Shown here: positions 13,510 through 26,708 of the stretch, one piece after another
Numbering within the stretch: the first letter of the stretch is position 1
Layout of the letters: the number at the start of each line of letters is the position of its first letter
Source: Octopus sinensis
Taxonomy: Eukaryota
NCBI RefSeq assembly: GCF_006345805.1
Contig: NC_043017.1
Coordinates: 744,001 to 808,000, forward strand
Direction of reading: 5' to 3'
Length of the DNA: 64,000 bases
The notes under the pieces: generated by a model
What the model saw: the letters and a program-made list of their open reading frames with translations, nothing else
Databases searched by the model: none
What the model was told of the DNA's origin: nothing
Position numbers and translations under genes: made by a program

Positions 13510-13543
13510 CACACACACATATATATATATATAATATATATAT

Positions 13544-13590
<47 letters not shown>
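12880..13590. repeat. Compound (TA)n/(TACA)n microsatellite
   Basis: About 700 bp of TA and TACATACA units. Confidence 0.95.
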
Positions 13591-13591
<1 letters not shown>

Positions 13592-13665
13592 AGATCGTTA
13601 TTTAAATATCGATCTTATCAAGTGATTACCATGGGAATAAAAACCTTCAAAGCTAATAATTATTA

Positions 13666-13873
13666 AAATTATAATTTAGGCTATCTAAGAGATGCCACCA
13701 CGCTGGAAATAGCAACCAAAACTTGACTCTAAATCTACATTCAATGTTCAAACAACACCAGGGGAGAAGACAAAAAGACAAAATGAAAACCACATTTTAT
13801 GTGGTTTTAGAGTCAGGTTTTGGTTGCTATTTCTAGCGTGGTGATGTCTTTTAGATAACCTAAATTATAATTT
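13666..13873. mobile_element. MITE-like inverted-repeat element
   Basis: Imperfect arms of ~75 bp (13666-13740 and 13801-13873) sharing AAATTATAATTTAGG...G(C)TGGAAATAGCAACCAAAAC.TGACTCTAAA and its reverse complement. Confidence 0.7.
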
Positions 13874-13877
13874 ACAG

Positions 13878-13925
<48 letters not shown>

Positions 13926-14294
13926 ATGTGTGTGCGTGTGTGTGTATGTATGTGTGCATGTATATATATACCTACATACATAACTCTGTGTGTTTATGTG
14001 TGTTTGTGTAACATATGTGTAATTCTGTTCGACTCTATAATGAAATTTACGATACCTCAACGTCGCAGTGTATACATCGCTGACGCTAGAAAACCGGAAG
14101 CAGCTATTTTAAAAACATTCAAAGACGTGAATCTAATACAAAAAGCAATTTTTTTTATATTTAAAGAAATATGAAATGAAGAGCCTAACATCTGTCCCAG
14201 GTCAAATTATTTATGCATCGCAAGCAATTGGTGATGCCGTGAAAAGCGAACACACACATCTCCATTTTATATATTAGATATGTGTGTGTGGGGT

Positions 14295-14328
<34 letters not shown>

Positions 14329-15785
14329 GGGAGTGAGAGTGAAAGAGAGTCTGTGTGTATGGTGTATGTATAGGTGCAGATGTGTCGTGTCTGTGAACAG
14401 GTCGCTGATAGGACGACGAAAATGTGGCACGAAATAATAAATGTTTGATAAAAGTTATGAGTTTTTGAGTGGTTTTGAATGGCTGTAATTGTAATCCCAG
14501 ATCAAATCCCTTGCGAGGCAGTACATTTCTGAATTATGAGAAATAAGTATTCCAATATTTTTGAGACACGTTGTTAGCTAAAAATATACCGCTTTCACAC
14601 AGTAAAACGAACACGGCTGTCAAAATCAAATCGTTCAATATATACAAATTTAAGTATCAGATAAAATTACGGAAGATGGATATTGGTAATGTCCCAATTT
14701 AAGCTTCCAAACATCCAAATTATCTCTGATTTAAGCATCAGATTCAGGGAGTTGAAGAGGTCATAGTTTTGGATTTCAAGTGTGCTTCACATTTGTGACA
14801 TCCTCCATATTATTTTATAAAATACAGATTTATGTGATTCTAATTAATCTGTTTCTATTTGTACGCGTTGTAGGCTCTCAACTCATTCATTTGAATTACA
14901 AATACCTGCTAGCCAAGAGGTGTTCTTGAAGTTTATTTGAAATTTACGATATTTCAAGATCGATAATGTAGTACACCAACCACTTTCTTCCTTTTAATCT
15001 CTCTCTCTCTGCCTCTCTCACTCTCCGTCTCTTCCAATTATCCTTTCTCACTATCTCTCAGCATCTCCCCATCTATCTCTCCCGCTCTCTATCTTGCCCT
15101 TTGCCTCTACCTCTGTTCTCTCTCCGGTCTTCTCTTGCTCGCTTTCTATGCCACTATTTGAATCTTTCGTTATCATTGGCAATGTTAAATATCCGGTGAC
15201 ATTCTAGATTCTCAAATAGGATATATAAGACAATACGATTTGATATCATGCCCATGAGATATTTTCTATGCAGTTAATTTATAAGAATTATATGGAAATT
15301 AACTCCGTAATATACAAACATACTCGCATACACACACACACACACATACAAATATATACATACATATATACATAAATATGTATGCATACATACAAAATAC
15401 ATGTATTTAATCGTCAGCATAATTATATATATGTATATGTGCGTTATAATATGTGTGTGCGTGGGGGACATGTTGCGTGTATGTGTGCATGTGTGCATAC
15501 CATAAATGTGTATTCAGAATATTATGAAATGTGTATAAAGAATAGGTGAATGTGTGTGCTTGCATGCGTGCACTCAAGTGTTGGGGCGTAGGGAGAACAA
15601 TTAATACATATAGAGAGAGGGAGAGAGAAACAGAAAGAGAGAGAGTCCGAGAGAGAGTGACAAAGGAAGAAAGAGAGAAATCGAAAGAGCGGGAGAGAGA
15701 GAGAGAGAGAGAGAAACAAGTGATGAATAGACCTAAAGATAAGAAGCTAGCTTTAGAATATCATCGACGCTAAATATAGCTATGT

Positions 15786-16031
15786 GGAGACGCGTGGCTG
15801 AGTGGTTAGAGTGTTGAACTCATGATCGTAAGATTGTGGTTTCGATTCCTCGACCGGGCGACGCGTTGTGTTCTTGAGCAAAACACTTCATTTCACGTTG
15901 GTCCAGTCCACTCAGCTGGCAAAAATGAGTAACGCTGTGATGGACCGGCGTCCCGTCCAGATGGGGAATTTCTACGCCACTGAAACCGAGAAAGCGGCCC
16001 TTATGAGCCTGGCATGGCTCCAGAAGGAACA
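15786..16031 (+). mobile_element. SINE family A head/CORE with tail X
   Basis: GGAGACGCGTGGCTGAGTGGTTAGAG (A box), GTTTCGATTCC (B box), TGTGTTCTTGAGCAAAACAC core; tail GACCGGCGTCCCGTCCAG...CATGGCTCCAGAAGGAAC. Confidence 0.9.
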
Positions 16032-16036
16032 TTTGT

Positions 16037-16325
16037 GGAGGCACATTTGTGGTCAGAGCAGCGGACTCGCGGTCGATGGATCGCGGGTTCGAATCTCAGA
16101 CCGGGCGATGAGCGAAAACACCTAAGCTCCACGCGGTTCCGGGAGAAAGTATTGGCGAACTTCTGCAGACTCTTTCGCCACAACTTTCTCTCACTCTTTC
16201 CTCCTGCATCTCGCAGTTCACCTGCGATTGACCGGCGTCCCGTCCAGGTGGAGAACCTATACGCCAAGGAAACCGGGTAAAAGGCCCTATGAGCCAGACA
16301 TGGCTCGAGAATGAACAAACAACAA
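16037..16325 (+). mobile_element. SINE family B head/body with tail X
   Basis: GGTCAGAGCAGCGGACTCGCGGTCG...GGGTTCGAATCTC (B box), GAGCGAAAACACCTAAGCTCCAC body; same tail as 15786-16031. Confidence 0.85.
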
Positions 16326-16367
16326 ACATACCTATGTATCTAGGTACTATGGTTTTTCTTTTATTAC

Positions 16368-16503
16368 CTTATTCTTTTATTTGTCTCAGTCATTTGACTG
16401 TGGCCATGTTGGAGCACTGCCTATAGTAGAAGAAATCGACTCCAGGACGTGTAATTTGTAAGCCTAGTACTTATTTTATCATTCTATTTTGCCGAGCCGC
16501 TAG
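16368..16503 (-). mobile_element. SINE family K, 3' fragment
   Basis: Reverse complement of the K 3' half (TTTGACTGTGGCCATGTTGGAGCAC...GTAAGCCTAGTACTTA). Confidence 0.8.
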
Positions 16504-16575
16504 AAATATATATGGTAATAGCAATAGCGGTTGTTAGGCGATGGTGGTGGAGACAAACACAGAAAGAAGGGGAGG

Positions 16576-16617
<42 letters not shown>

Positions 16618-16838
16618 AAAATGGCGCAATACTTGAGAAGATTGTGTTACGTAAGTTTGATAAAATTTCCGATGCTTTCAACAGCCTGTAGGACCTTTTC
16701 ATCCGTGTCAACAATGAACTGTACATTTACAAATTATCTTAATCCAAACAACTAATTAATATAATTGATTTATTAGTTAATTAATTAGAGTGCCGCCGAA
16801 TTATTCGCCTGAAATCCTATAGCCCCTGTTCACATTCA

Positions 16839-16886
<48 letters not shown>

Positions 16887-17203
16887 TTATTTATATGTGT
16901 GTAATTTAGTTTTGAGAAAAGTCACGTAGTGTACTCTTAAGAAGCTTCTGTGCTTCTTCTTGTCGGTTACCACCTGCGAATTCCATCTCCCGGAATAATC
17001 TAATAATCTGATGTTATAGTTATACACATGGAACTCCTTTCAGCATGCGATAAACATAATAATAATACTAATAATAATAATGATAACCTGCAAATGCAAA
17101 CTTATAGGCCTTATTAATGGATCGCACCATCTTTCAACACACTATATGATCGTTGCATAACAATTGTTCATATTCGTATATTACTTATGATTACTCTTAA
17201 TTA

Positions 17204-17695
17204 TTGGGTTGTCCGGAAAGTTCGTGGCGATTTTTAAAGGAAAGAAAAAGCTCAATAAATACTTGCCATTACATTTTTAATCAACCAAGTATGAACCATT
17301 TCGTTGCACAATGCGATTCTATCTTTCCTTTAACTTGAAAATACCCTCTTCCTAGAATTGAGGTGGTTTCATAGCAAAGAATTCATCAAGGTATCTTTTA
17401 CGTCATCCAAGGAATTGAAATTTTTCTACAGAGACCTGAATAAGTAGAAATCCGAAGGAGCAATATCTGGTGAATATGGAAGGTGGAATAACACATCCCA
17501 GCCGAGCTGCAGCAATTTTTGTTTTGTTCCCAAAGAAACGTGCGGTCTTGCATTATCATGCTGGAAAACAACACCATTCCTGTTGGCCAATTCTGGACGT
17601 TTCTCTTGAATTGCTGCTTTTAGCTCGTCCAGTTGTGTGCAGTATTTCTCAGAATTAATTGTCTGGTTACTTGGGAGAATCTCATAGTACAGAAT
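17204..17695 (-). mobile_element. Mariner (DD34D) transposase 3' remnant with one TIR
   Basis: YEILPSNQTINSEKYCTQLDELKAAIQEKRPEL..GVVFQHDNARPH...WDVLFHLPYSPDIAPSDFYLFRSL, then frameshift to NFNSLDDVKRYLDEFF. TA|TTGGGTTGTCCGGAAAGTTCG terminus at 17202-17225; the 5' part is lost at a (TA)n. Confidence 0.95.
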
Positions 17696-17704
17696 ATATA
17701 TATG

Positions 17705-17749
<45 letters not shown>

Positions 17750-19116
17750 CACGAAGGATGGCTGAAAAGTTCCTCCTGGTGGTGGTAGTGATGGTGGTGG
17801 TGGTGGTGGTGGTTGTGGTGGTGGTGATTGTGGGGGGTTGTGGTAGTGGTGATGGTGGGGGTGGTAGTAGTCAGGTTTATATGTTGGTGAAATGTGCCCT
17901 TACTGAAATTTTCCGAGGTAAAAAAAATAACAATTTTGTATATATAAGGCTGATAATATCATAAAACTCAGACGGTAATTCCTTCAGCGGCATTCGTTGT
18001 CTGATTACCAGAAACACAAGTCCAAAGGAGTCGCACGTCTCTACCGTAACGTGTCATCAGGTGAAAGGATGAGCGTATAAGAGCAGAGGACCTTGCATGG
18101 ATATGTTATTACAAAGCTCAGAGATGATTGTAACATTCATCATACACACACACAAACACACTTTTATCTTATCTTGTGTTTTAGATTCACGTTTCCATCA
18201 TTGTTTGAGGAGCCGCACCCTTTGTTCCGCTGTTTCACTCCAATTTAAGCTCGACTCCAGACAAAGACTTGCATATCAAAACTCACAACTTCTAAATTCA
18301 TCGCATTAAACAACATTCCCACCTTGTGTTCACATTTGTTATGCATGTGAGTCGTTTTCTTTTATTTTCTATACATATAAACGCTTCTTTTTCACTTCGT
18401 GTATGATTCACTAGTTTGTCATTCCTTCTGATAAAGGGCAATTGTCTGAAACGTGAAGAATCTCTCGTTTTCATTCAAGTGTTAAAACATTGTTAGTAAA
18501 CTTTGTACTTCCTACATTGCTCCATTTTATATTGTCTTCAGAGCACAATGTTCTCCATATGATACACACATACACCTATACATACAGGCACACACACACA
18601 AGCAAGCACGCATTTATACCAACCACACTTACCCCACCATGCATACATACACACACACATATATATATTTATACATATGTTCATACATATATGTATACAT
18701 ACACACACACTCGCACACACAAATACACATGCATATATATTTATATACTAAAATACCCATGAACACATCTCGGTGCATATCTGTGAATGAGCGTATATAT
18801 ACATATCTGAGGAGAAAATATACGGCGTAGAGATATTTATGAAATGTAATGCAACGACATGAAGATATGGCTCAGAATATGATATTTATATTACGAGACA
18901 ATGCGATGTATTGATATTGAAAATCTAAATATGCAATAAGTTGCGCTGAATGACCACGAAATAAAGTGTTCAGTCAAAAGTTATACTATTTGAAATGGAT
19001 AAATTTAGCTAGAAATCAATATATTATGACATCAAATGAGAGAAAAATAATATGAGATTACATATGGTTCACAGTAAAAGTAGAGTAGTAACTCGAGTGG
19101 AATTTCGTGATAATAG

Positions 19117-19161
<45 letters not shown>

Positions 19162-19235
19162 GCAAACACACACATACAAACACAACGTCACACACGAATA
19201 AACACACACATACATATTATTTATATGTATATATA

Positions 19236-19280
<45 letters not shown>

Positions 19281-19525
19281 TTACAGGGAGAGAGGAAGAG
19301 AGAGGAAGAGAAAGGCGAAGAGAGAGAGAGAGGAAGAGCGAGTAAGGCAGAGTGAGAGAGAAAGTGGCAGAGAACGAAGGAAACACCTTGAAATTACATT
19401 AACTCACAAAGTCAGGCAAATAAGTTTAAAACAGTATAACAGATATAGCTATATAAACACATTTATTACATATGCAATGAAAATACATCATTATTATTGT
19501 TGTTGTTATAATAATAATAATGATG

Positions 19526-19576
<51 letters not shown>

Positions 19577-19590
19577 TAATAATAATAATA

Positions 19591-21149
19591 GAGAAGGAAT
19601 AAGGCATTCAGAGATGAAGGAAAGGATCAGGAGAGAATGCTATCGCAGAGTAAGAGCAATACTCAAGACAGAGCTGAATGCGTGAAACAGGATCGAAGCG
19701 ATCAATGCATTAGCCATACCAGTCGTGACTTACAGTTTCAGTATCGTTAACTGGTCAATTACTGAAATATGTAATCTTGACAGAAAAATACGAAAACTGT
19801 TGACAATGCATAGAATGCACCACCCTAAGGCAGATACAGAACGACTTTATCTGCCAAGAAAAGAGGGAGGCCGTGGACTTTTACAACTGGCAATAACAAT
19901 GAAGATTGCTACAATTGGCCTAGACAACTACCTGAAAAACTCTGAGGACTGGATGTTAAAACTTGTCTCAAAACATGAAAACAAGAAAGCATCATACTCA
20001 GTAACAAAAGAGGCAAAGGAATATCTAAGTGAATTCCGAATACAACAAATTTCGGAATTAGAGATAGACATACAAGAAACAGGCACAGAAAAAGCTAAGC
20101 GCATGAAAACCCGTGCTAAATCTGCGGCCTTAGATATTCTGAATGATAAATGGAAAGAAAAACCTCTCTATGGCAAATACCCAAAGAGAGCAAATAATGC
20201 AGATGTTGACAAAGCCCTGACCCATCAATGGCTAATGGCCTCTGGCTTAAAATCTGAAACAGAGGGGTTTATCATAGCAGCTCAAGATCAATGCCTACCA
20301 ACAAGAAACTACCAGGCCAACATATTAAAGATCAGAAGCAGTCCAACGTGTCGTGTATGCAAGCAACAAAATGAAACCATTGACCATGCGGTCTCCAAGT
20401 GCAGTCTTCTAGCGCCTACAGAGTATCTCAACAGGCACGATAGAGCTGCACAATATATTCACTGGGTAATCTGTAAAAACCTGGATTTGCCCCATGAAAA
20501 AAACTGGTGGGAACACAAACCACCCCCAGTGCTTGAAAATGACCACATCTCACTCCTCTGGAACTTCGCCATTCAAACTGACAGAAAGATAGATGCAAAT
20601 AGGCCAGACATCATATTGAAAGACTTCAAACAAAGAACATGCCTCCTCATTGATATGACTGTCCCAATCGATATAAACGTATCTGTCAAGACCTACCAAA
20701 AACTGAGCAAATATAAAGATCTTGAAATAGAAATCAGCAAAATGTGGAAGCTGAAGACTAAAACAATACCTGTTGTCATAGGTGCCCTGGGAATGATAGC
20801 AAAAGGGGCAGATAGCTACCTAACTCAGATACCAGGAAACCCAAAAATGGCAGAAATTCAAAAGATAGTGCTCATGGGAACTGCTCATATCCTACGCAAA
20901 ATGCTTTCTATGTAATCTCAAGGTTTAAAACAAACATAATTTTCGGTTTAAAAAAAAAAAAAAAAAAAATTTTTTTTTAGACATTCATTAGTACAACACC
21001 CCCACCCCCCAAATATATGGCACACTAGGCATAACAACAACATGAACTTCCAACCCTGTTGTCTCTTGAGGTCTCTGGGTGAGACTTGGAGCCAACTTGT
21101 ACAAATATAAAGCAAAAGTCAAACATAGAATAATAATAATAATAATAAT
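19591..21149 (+). mobile_element. R4/Dong-like non-LTR retrotransposon (RLE type), 5'-truncated, in (TAA)n
   Basis: Begins directly after the (AAT)n at 19508-19590. Encodes the RT C-terminus, a CCHC knuckle and a restriction-like endonuclease, followed by a ~210-bp 3' UTR and an (AAT)n tail at 21129-21149. Confidence 0.92.
19725..20915 (+). CDS. Truncated RT thumb + CX2CX8HX4C zinc knuckle + PD-(D/E)xK restriction-like endonuclease
   Basis: 396-aa open frame with ERLYLPRKEGGRGL, SETEGFIIAAQDQ, CRVCKQQNETIDHAVSKC, RPDIIL...LLIDMTVP...KLSKYKDL and PVVIGALG. The frame extends upstream to ~19593 (CYRRVRAILKTELNA*NRIEAINALAIPVV) with one stop. Confidence 0.9.
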   Translation: MTYSFSIVNWSITEICNLDRKIRKLLTMHRMHHPKADTERLYLPRKEGGRGLLQLAITMKIATIGLDNYLKNSEDWMLKLVSKHENKKASYSVTKEAKEYLSEFRIQQISELEIDIQETGTEKAKRMKTRAKSAALDILNDKWKEKPLYGKYPKRANNADVDKALTHQWLMASGLKSETEGFIIAAQDQCLPTRNYQANILKIRSSPTCRVCKQQNETIDHAVSKCSLLAPTEYLNRHDRAAQYIHWVICKNLDLPHEKNWWEHKPPPVLENDHISLLWNFAIQTDRKIDANRPDIILKDFKQRTCLLIDMTVPIDINVSVKTYQKLSKYKDLEIEISKMWKLKTKTIPVVIGALGMIAKGADSYLTQIPGNPKMAEIQKIVLMGTAHILRKMLSM

Positions 21150-21150
21150 G

Positions 21151-21188
<38 letters not shown>

Positions 21189-22311
21189 CGCTTTACTTCT
21201 CAGACCACTCGATCCTGTTTGCACTGGAAGATTCTGTGAGAGGGGAGCATCCTGCAGTCAGAGATCTCACAGGCTTCTCTTCCCGCACATTATAAGCTTT
21301 GATAGTTGATTCTTAACTATTGTGGTAGACATTCAACGTCCAAGCGTCAATCTCAAAATCCCAGTTGTCTCCAGCAGGGCAGATTTGGGGCTTGATCTGT
21401 TCGTATGTCAATTCAGATTTCTCTTACATATTTCTGGAACTTAATCCTCCGAGTGCCCCTACAGCTACTGCAGTGACAGACACTCACCTCATAGTCAACA
21501 TACTCACAATTTCGTCATTTAGTAGTCTCTACTTTTCCACCTTTTCTAGTTCTTTATCATTTATGCGTGTATCTCCAAGTGTTGCAATATCTACAATCTT
21601 CGTTTTCTTTTTTCTTTGTCTACCACAACAATATCTGGTCTCCGAGTCTCGACTGTTAGTTCCCACACTGTCTTATAATCCTTGTTCGCGGTGACTCCTT
21701 CTGCTTCAGGTTCGTACCGTTTTCCTGCTCTGTTTAGGCCGTACTTTTCGCATAGCCTCCAGTCGATGAACTTAGCCACTTTATCATGCCTCCATTTATA
21801 TTTCTTCTGGCCTAGCTTACTACACTCACTGATATGTGAGATTGTTTCGTTTCTGCTTCCTCTCATCATACAAATGGGCGATTCGCTACTCTTATCTTTT
21901 GGAACTTGGTGTAATTAGTTCTCAGAGTGTGTTCCTGGGCTCTGCATATCAATGCTTCAGTGCATCCTTTCGGATCACTTATCCTAAGCCATCTTTTCCT
22001 TCGATTTCACTGAGGTTTTGCTCAAGCAGTGGTTTTATTTGACAATTGTTTATTCTTTCTTCATTTTGTTTCTTAAATGCTTGTGGATGCATCAGATTTT
22101 CGGTACGTTTTCTATTGCCAATTCTAAGAGCTTCAAGCAAGGACTCAGTCTGTTGTTTCATGTGCCATCCCAGACTGTTCTTTTCACTGATAACACAAAA
22201 CTGGCATCCTATGAGGCCACATCCTCCCCTGTTTCTCGGCACATACAGTCTGTCAGAATCGGCGTTTGGGGTGTAGTTCCTTGTTGTCATCACTTTCTGG
22301 TTTCCTTGTTA
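21189..22311 (-). mobile_element. Second R4/Dong-like LINE fragment, decayed, tail-to-tail with the first
   Basis: Minus-strand pieces DSDRLYVPRNRGGCGL, ETISHISECSKLGQKKYKWRHDKVAKFIDW and RRPDIVVVDK. Both ends abut (ATT)n. Confidence 0.88.
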
Positions 22312-22448
22312 ATTATTATTATTATTATTATTATCATTATTGTTATTACTATTATTATTATTATTATTTTATTATTATTATTACTATTACTATTATCATT
22401 ATTATCATTATCATTATTACTATTACTATTATTATTATTTTATTTTTA

Positions 22449-22479
<31 letters not shown>

Positions 22480-22730
22480 CATTAATGTTATTACTATTAT
22501 TATTTTATTTTTATTATTATTATTATTATTATTATCATTATTATTTATTATTATTATCATTACTATTATTATTGTTATTATTATTATTATTATTGTTATT
22601 ACTATTACTATTATTATTATTATCATTATTTTTATTAATCATTATTATTATTATTATTATTATCATTATTGTTATCAATTATTATTATTATTATTATTAT
22701 TATAATTATTATTATTATTATTTTTATTAA

Positions 22731-22761
<31 letters not shown>

Positions 22762-22794
22762 CATCATCATCATCATTATTGTTATTACTATTAC

Positions 22795-22832
<38 letters not shown>
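22312..22832. repeat. Imperfect (ATT)n array (~520 bp)
   Basis: ATT/ATC/ACT trinucleotide units between LINE copies 2 and 3. Confidence 0.95.
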
Positions 22833-22833
<1 letters not shown>

Positions 22834-23355
22834 GTTCTTCTGGGCTACCTACGACGCGTCTCAGTTCTTTCACGCAGTTTAGGGACGCAAATTTTTTCTC
22901 GACACATGTGGTGTTCCGAAGATTGTTTGCAACTGCGTACGTTCTTATAAAGTTTAGCATTTCAGGCTTTTCATGCTAGAGTTTTGCTTTCTTTGAGATA
23001 TTCCCAAGTGCACCGATCACTTTTGAGGCTCTGTGAAGAGCGTTTCATTTCCAATGTTTGCTCGGTCTTGGCACTTTCCGACTTTCTCGTTCTATGTTTT
23101 TCCAAAATTCTTCTCTGCGGGTATTGCTAAGTCAATGGAGATCCATTCTTGCAACTCCTTCCGTAGGAGAGTGATATCTGGTTGGGTTGATCATGTTGCG
23201 GCTTCTTATCTGTATAGATTGGTAGATTGGTATTCCCACATGAGTTACACCCGATCATTCTCTGTTTTTTTGCAAAGTTTGGTCCTTGTACCACTTGTTG
23301 GAACATTCATGCATGTTCCTCCTGCACTACGACGCATCAGATGGCATATTACTGG
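22833..23355 (-). mobile_element. Third R4/Dong-like LINE 3' fragment (RLE domain + 3' UTR)
   Basis: Minus strand WYKDQTLQKTENDR..LMWEYQ...QPDITLLRKELQEWISIDLAIPAEKN...VIGALGNISK. The 3' end runs into TAATAATAAT on the minus strand. Confidence 0.8.
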
Positions 23356-24226
23356 TATTTAGTTTATCGAATACAACTCAACTTTAATATTCATATCATG
23401 CAGACTACCATGAATATGAAAGTCAGTAGAACTTTAATTTTGGGTTCCGAATTTCTAATCTCTGGAATGCTTACAAAAATTTCTCCGAAGGTTTCGTCTT
23501 GAAATACTAAAGGTTACCAACAAACGAAACTTAATACAATCAATAGAGTATCTTCTGGAGAATTCAATTGGACATAATTTGATTGATTGCGAGGTAAGTG
23601 CTTCACAAAACAATCACCATCTCGACTAAAATCCAGATTGCAAAGTGCAAAAGCGTTCGGAATAAATTGGCTTCGTTGTCGTCCATTGTTAGCGGAATAA
23701 AATAACAGCAGACCAAGGTTACTTTTGAAGTGTTTTCGCAAATGTTCAGTTTATACAAGAGAGAAATTTCTCATTCAACTTTACTGAATGCATAAATAGT
23801 AATGCGCACCTGAGAAATAATAGAGTTAATTCACATTGAATGACATTTTGTAAGACGGACTTTAACAAGCAAGAGATTAGCCATTCCCTGGAGGTTACGA
23901 GTAGAGTGAATGAGAAAGAGAAGGATAGAGATAGAGACGGAGAAAAAAAGAGAGAGGGAGATGGAGAGAGAAAGAGAGGGTATGAGAGCAGCAGAGAAGG
24001 AGAGAATGAAAAGAGAGGGTGGTAGATGGAGAGCGAGAAGGAGAGAGAGGGAGAGATATATGTATATATAACAAGATGTATACACAACGGGACATACATA
24101 AATACGGGTTTGTACAGAAACGTATATATCGGTAAAATATATATAAACAAACATCCACGCTTCCATACAAAAAATACAGATACACATGCACACACATCTT
24201 TCTCTCTCTCGCTTTCTCTTTCTCTG

Positions 24227-24305
<79 letters not shown>

Positions 24306-24947
24306 CTTTGCATAGTCAGGTGTATGACGGCTACAGTATGAGTTAGATCAACCCATACATCATCCTCATCCAATCATCTTCCAATAAGCTATTTACTCTA
24401 TCACTGTATCTAGTAACCATCAGCCGCTTGTTCCATCGCTGGGTTCTATGTCGATCCGTCGCACTTAGCCAGGTCCTCGTCATCAGCCTGACCGCTAGGG
24501 ATGGAGCTACAAAGTGTTTAGATATCCGGACGAGTGACGATAGCTAGCATGACAGACATGCCATAGAAGGCTTCACTCAAAACTATGACCAGGTCAGCGT
24601 CGGTCAGTTGCATTTTGTATATGTAGAACGGAGGAAGGTCAAGAAATCAAGTGTGGGTCACTTCTTAGCAGACTGAGAACTACCTTAAACAAATGCACTC
24701 CATTGGTACTTTCTTCGAATCACTTCAAATTATTATGGAGTACTTAGTGTATCTAATTTTAATATGCGAAGCATATTCAGTAGAAATCTAGACTACCCGT
24801 GACCCGATGCTTCACCTGGAAAGTCTGAGTTTCCCAGCAACGGAGTTTTGTTTTCTAGGTGTTTTCCTTCTCCAGGTTATTTCGCGTGATTTCAACATGA
24901 AATTGAAATCACGAGTGAACGGCTCCTTTCCACAGAAAAGGAAAGAC

Positions 24948-25054
24948 TTGGCTGCTATTTCTAGCACGCCATGCTACCACATAGCAGATATTTCGGGTTC
25001 TTTATAGCAAATACTTGTTACGTGGTCACAGGGCGTGCTAGAAATAGCAGCCAA
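24948..25054. repeat. Perfect 23-bp inverted repeat (MITE-like hairpin)
   Basis: TTGGCTGCTATTTCTAGCACGCC (24948-24970) and GGCGTGCTAGAAATAGCAGCCAA (25032-25054); shares the TAGAAATAGC.ACCAAA motif with 13666-13873. Confidence 0.75.
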
Positions 25055-25314
25055 ATCTTTGGAGCTGAGATACGTTGAATAAACTCCAAACAATTTTTGT
25101 AATAGTATTCCCATGAGGCGATCTTTCGCTTTGACTATCATAACCGTCTCAGAACTGTCATCCGGATCAGCGGGTTTTTGTTTATTAATTTCCGTAATTT
25201 TTTTTTAGTTATTTACTTTTATTTTAAAGTGAGGGAGAGAAGAAAGTGAAAGATGTATGAACGTGTACGTACAAATGTGTGTCTACGCGTGTGTATGTAT
25301 GTGTTTGTTTGAGT

Positions 25315-25368
<54 letters not shown>

Positions 25369-25625
25369 ATTAGTTGTGATACATAAGTGCGTGTTTAGGA
25401 AAAGTTCTCTGCGAATGTCCATGCAAAGATTTTGACCGAAGTTAAGTCGACTGAACAGTGTCGGAACGAGGGAGGCAGTGGAATTGTGTGCGATTGGAAC
25501 GCCAAAACGGAACTTTTCATTTCTCAATCTCTTATGACGCTTCACTCATTAATTAAAAACATTGCTCACCTATTAGTATCATCGCTAATTATCAACAAAT
25601 ATATGTGCAATAATCACACACACAC

Positions 25626-25688
<63 letters not shown>

Positions 25689-25738
25689 CTTATATACCTA
25701 TATATGTATACATAAGTAAATATGTATATACACACATA

Positions 25739-25774
<36 letters not shown>

Positions 25775-26383
25775 TGTATGTATACATACACACACAAACA
25801 TATATATCTAAAAATATGTGTAAAGATCGCGCATATACATGGGTGTGCCTATGTGATAGAAATCACTCACGAACTGCTAGATATAAGTCACAGAAAGTGC
25901 AGAAATATCAATTATAGGTAATTATATGGAAATCAAGTTTACGAAATTAGTTTCTCGTCAAGATTTTGAAAGAGAAAGTATGAATCATTTTGATAGATAA
26001 TATGTAAGACAAGGTGATTAGTAATAACATATTATTTTATAGATTTCTCTCTTGTCATAATTCTATTTGTGCGACACAACATATCACAAAGTGGGTCGCG
26101 AAATTAATTTCCTGTGTGTTTTTAACGTAAGGTTGTCACTTCGACTTACGTACAAAATCAATAAGGACGGGAAAAAGAAAAGAAAGAACAACAGAAAGCG
26201 ATTTCACACGTCAAGAAAAGAATGAAGGAATTCTTACCGTTTTTATGAAGGTGCTTTTTTTTACGTGACTTAGGTTGATCTTTTAGTATATAAGTTCCAC
26301 ACACACACACACGTGTGTGTGTGTGTCACAGCATGTATCTACGCATATGAATAAATGTTTATCTACTCCGTTTATTATATATG

Positions 26384-26437
<54 letters not shown>

Positions 26438-26495
26438 GTATGTAGTGTATATATATATATATATATATAATATATATATATATATGTATGTAGTG

Positions 26496-26528
<33 letters not shown>

Positions 26529-26534
26529 TGTATG

Positions 26535-26625
<91 letters not shown>

Positions 26626-26637
26626 GTATATATATAT

Positions 26638-26672
<35 letters not shown>

Positions 26673-26708
26673 ATATATATATATTATATATATATATATA
26701 TATGATAC

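Noticed and set aside
15786-15860. tRNA genes at SINE heads (also 5540-5609, 38490-38562, 43270-43345, 46024-46095)
   Set aside because: A and B boxes are present, but acceptor stems do not close and each head continues into a SINE body.
18025-18066. Minus-strand CUGAUGA...GAG-ACGU-G
   Set aside because: GAAA is mutated, position 17 is G and the stems are weak; cannot be separated from chance.
23459-23630. ~57-codon open frame ending near a GAG|GTAAGT donor
   Set aside because: Poor acceptor, unrecognised peptide and no partner exons.
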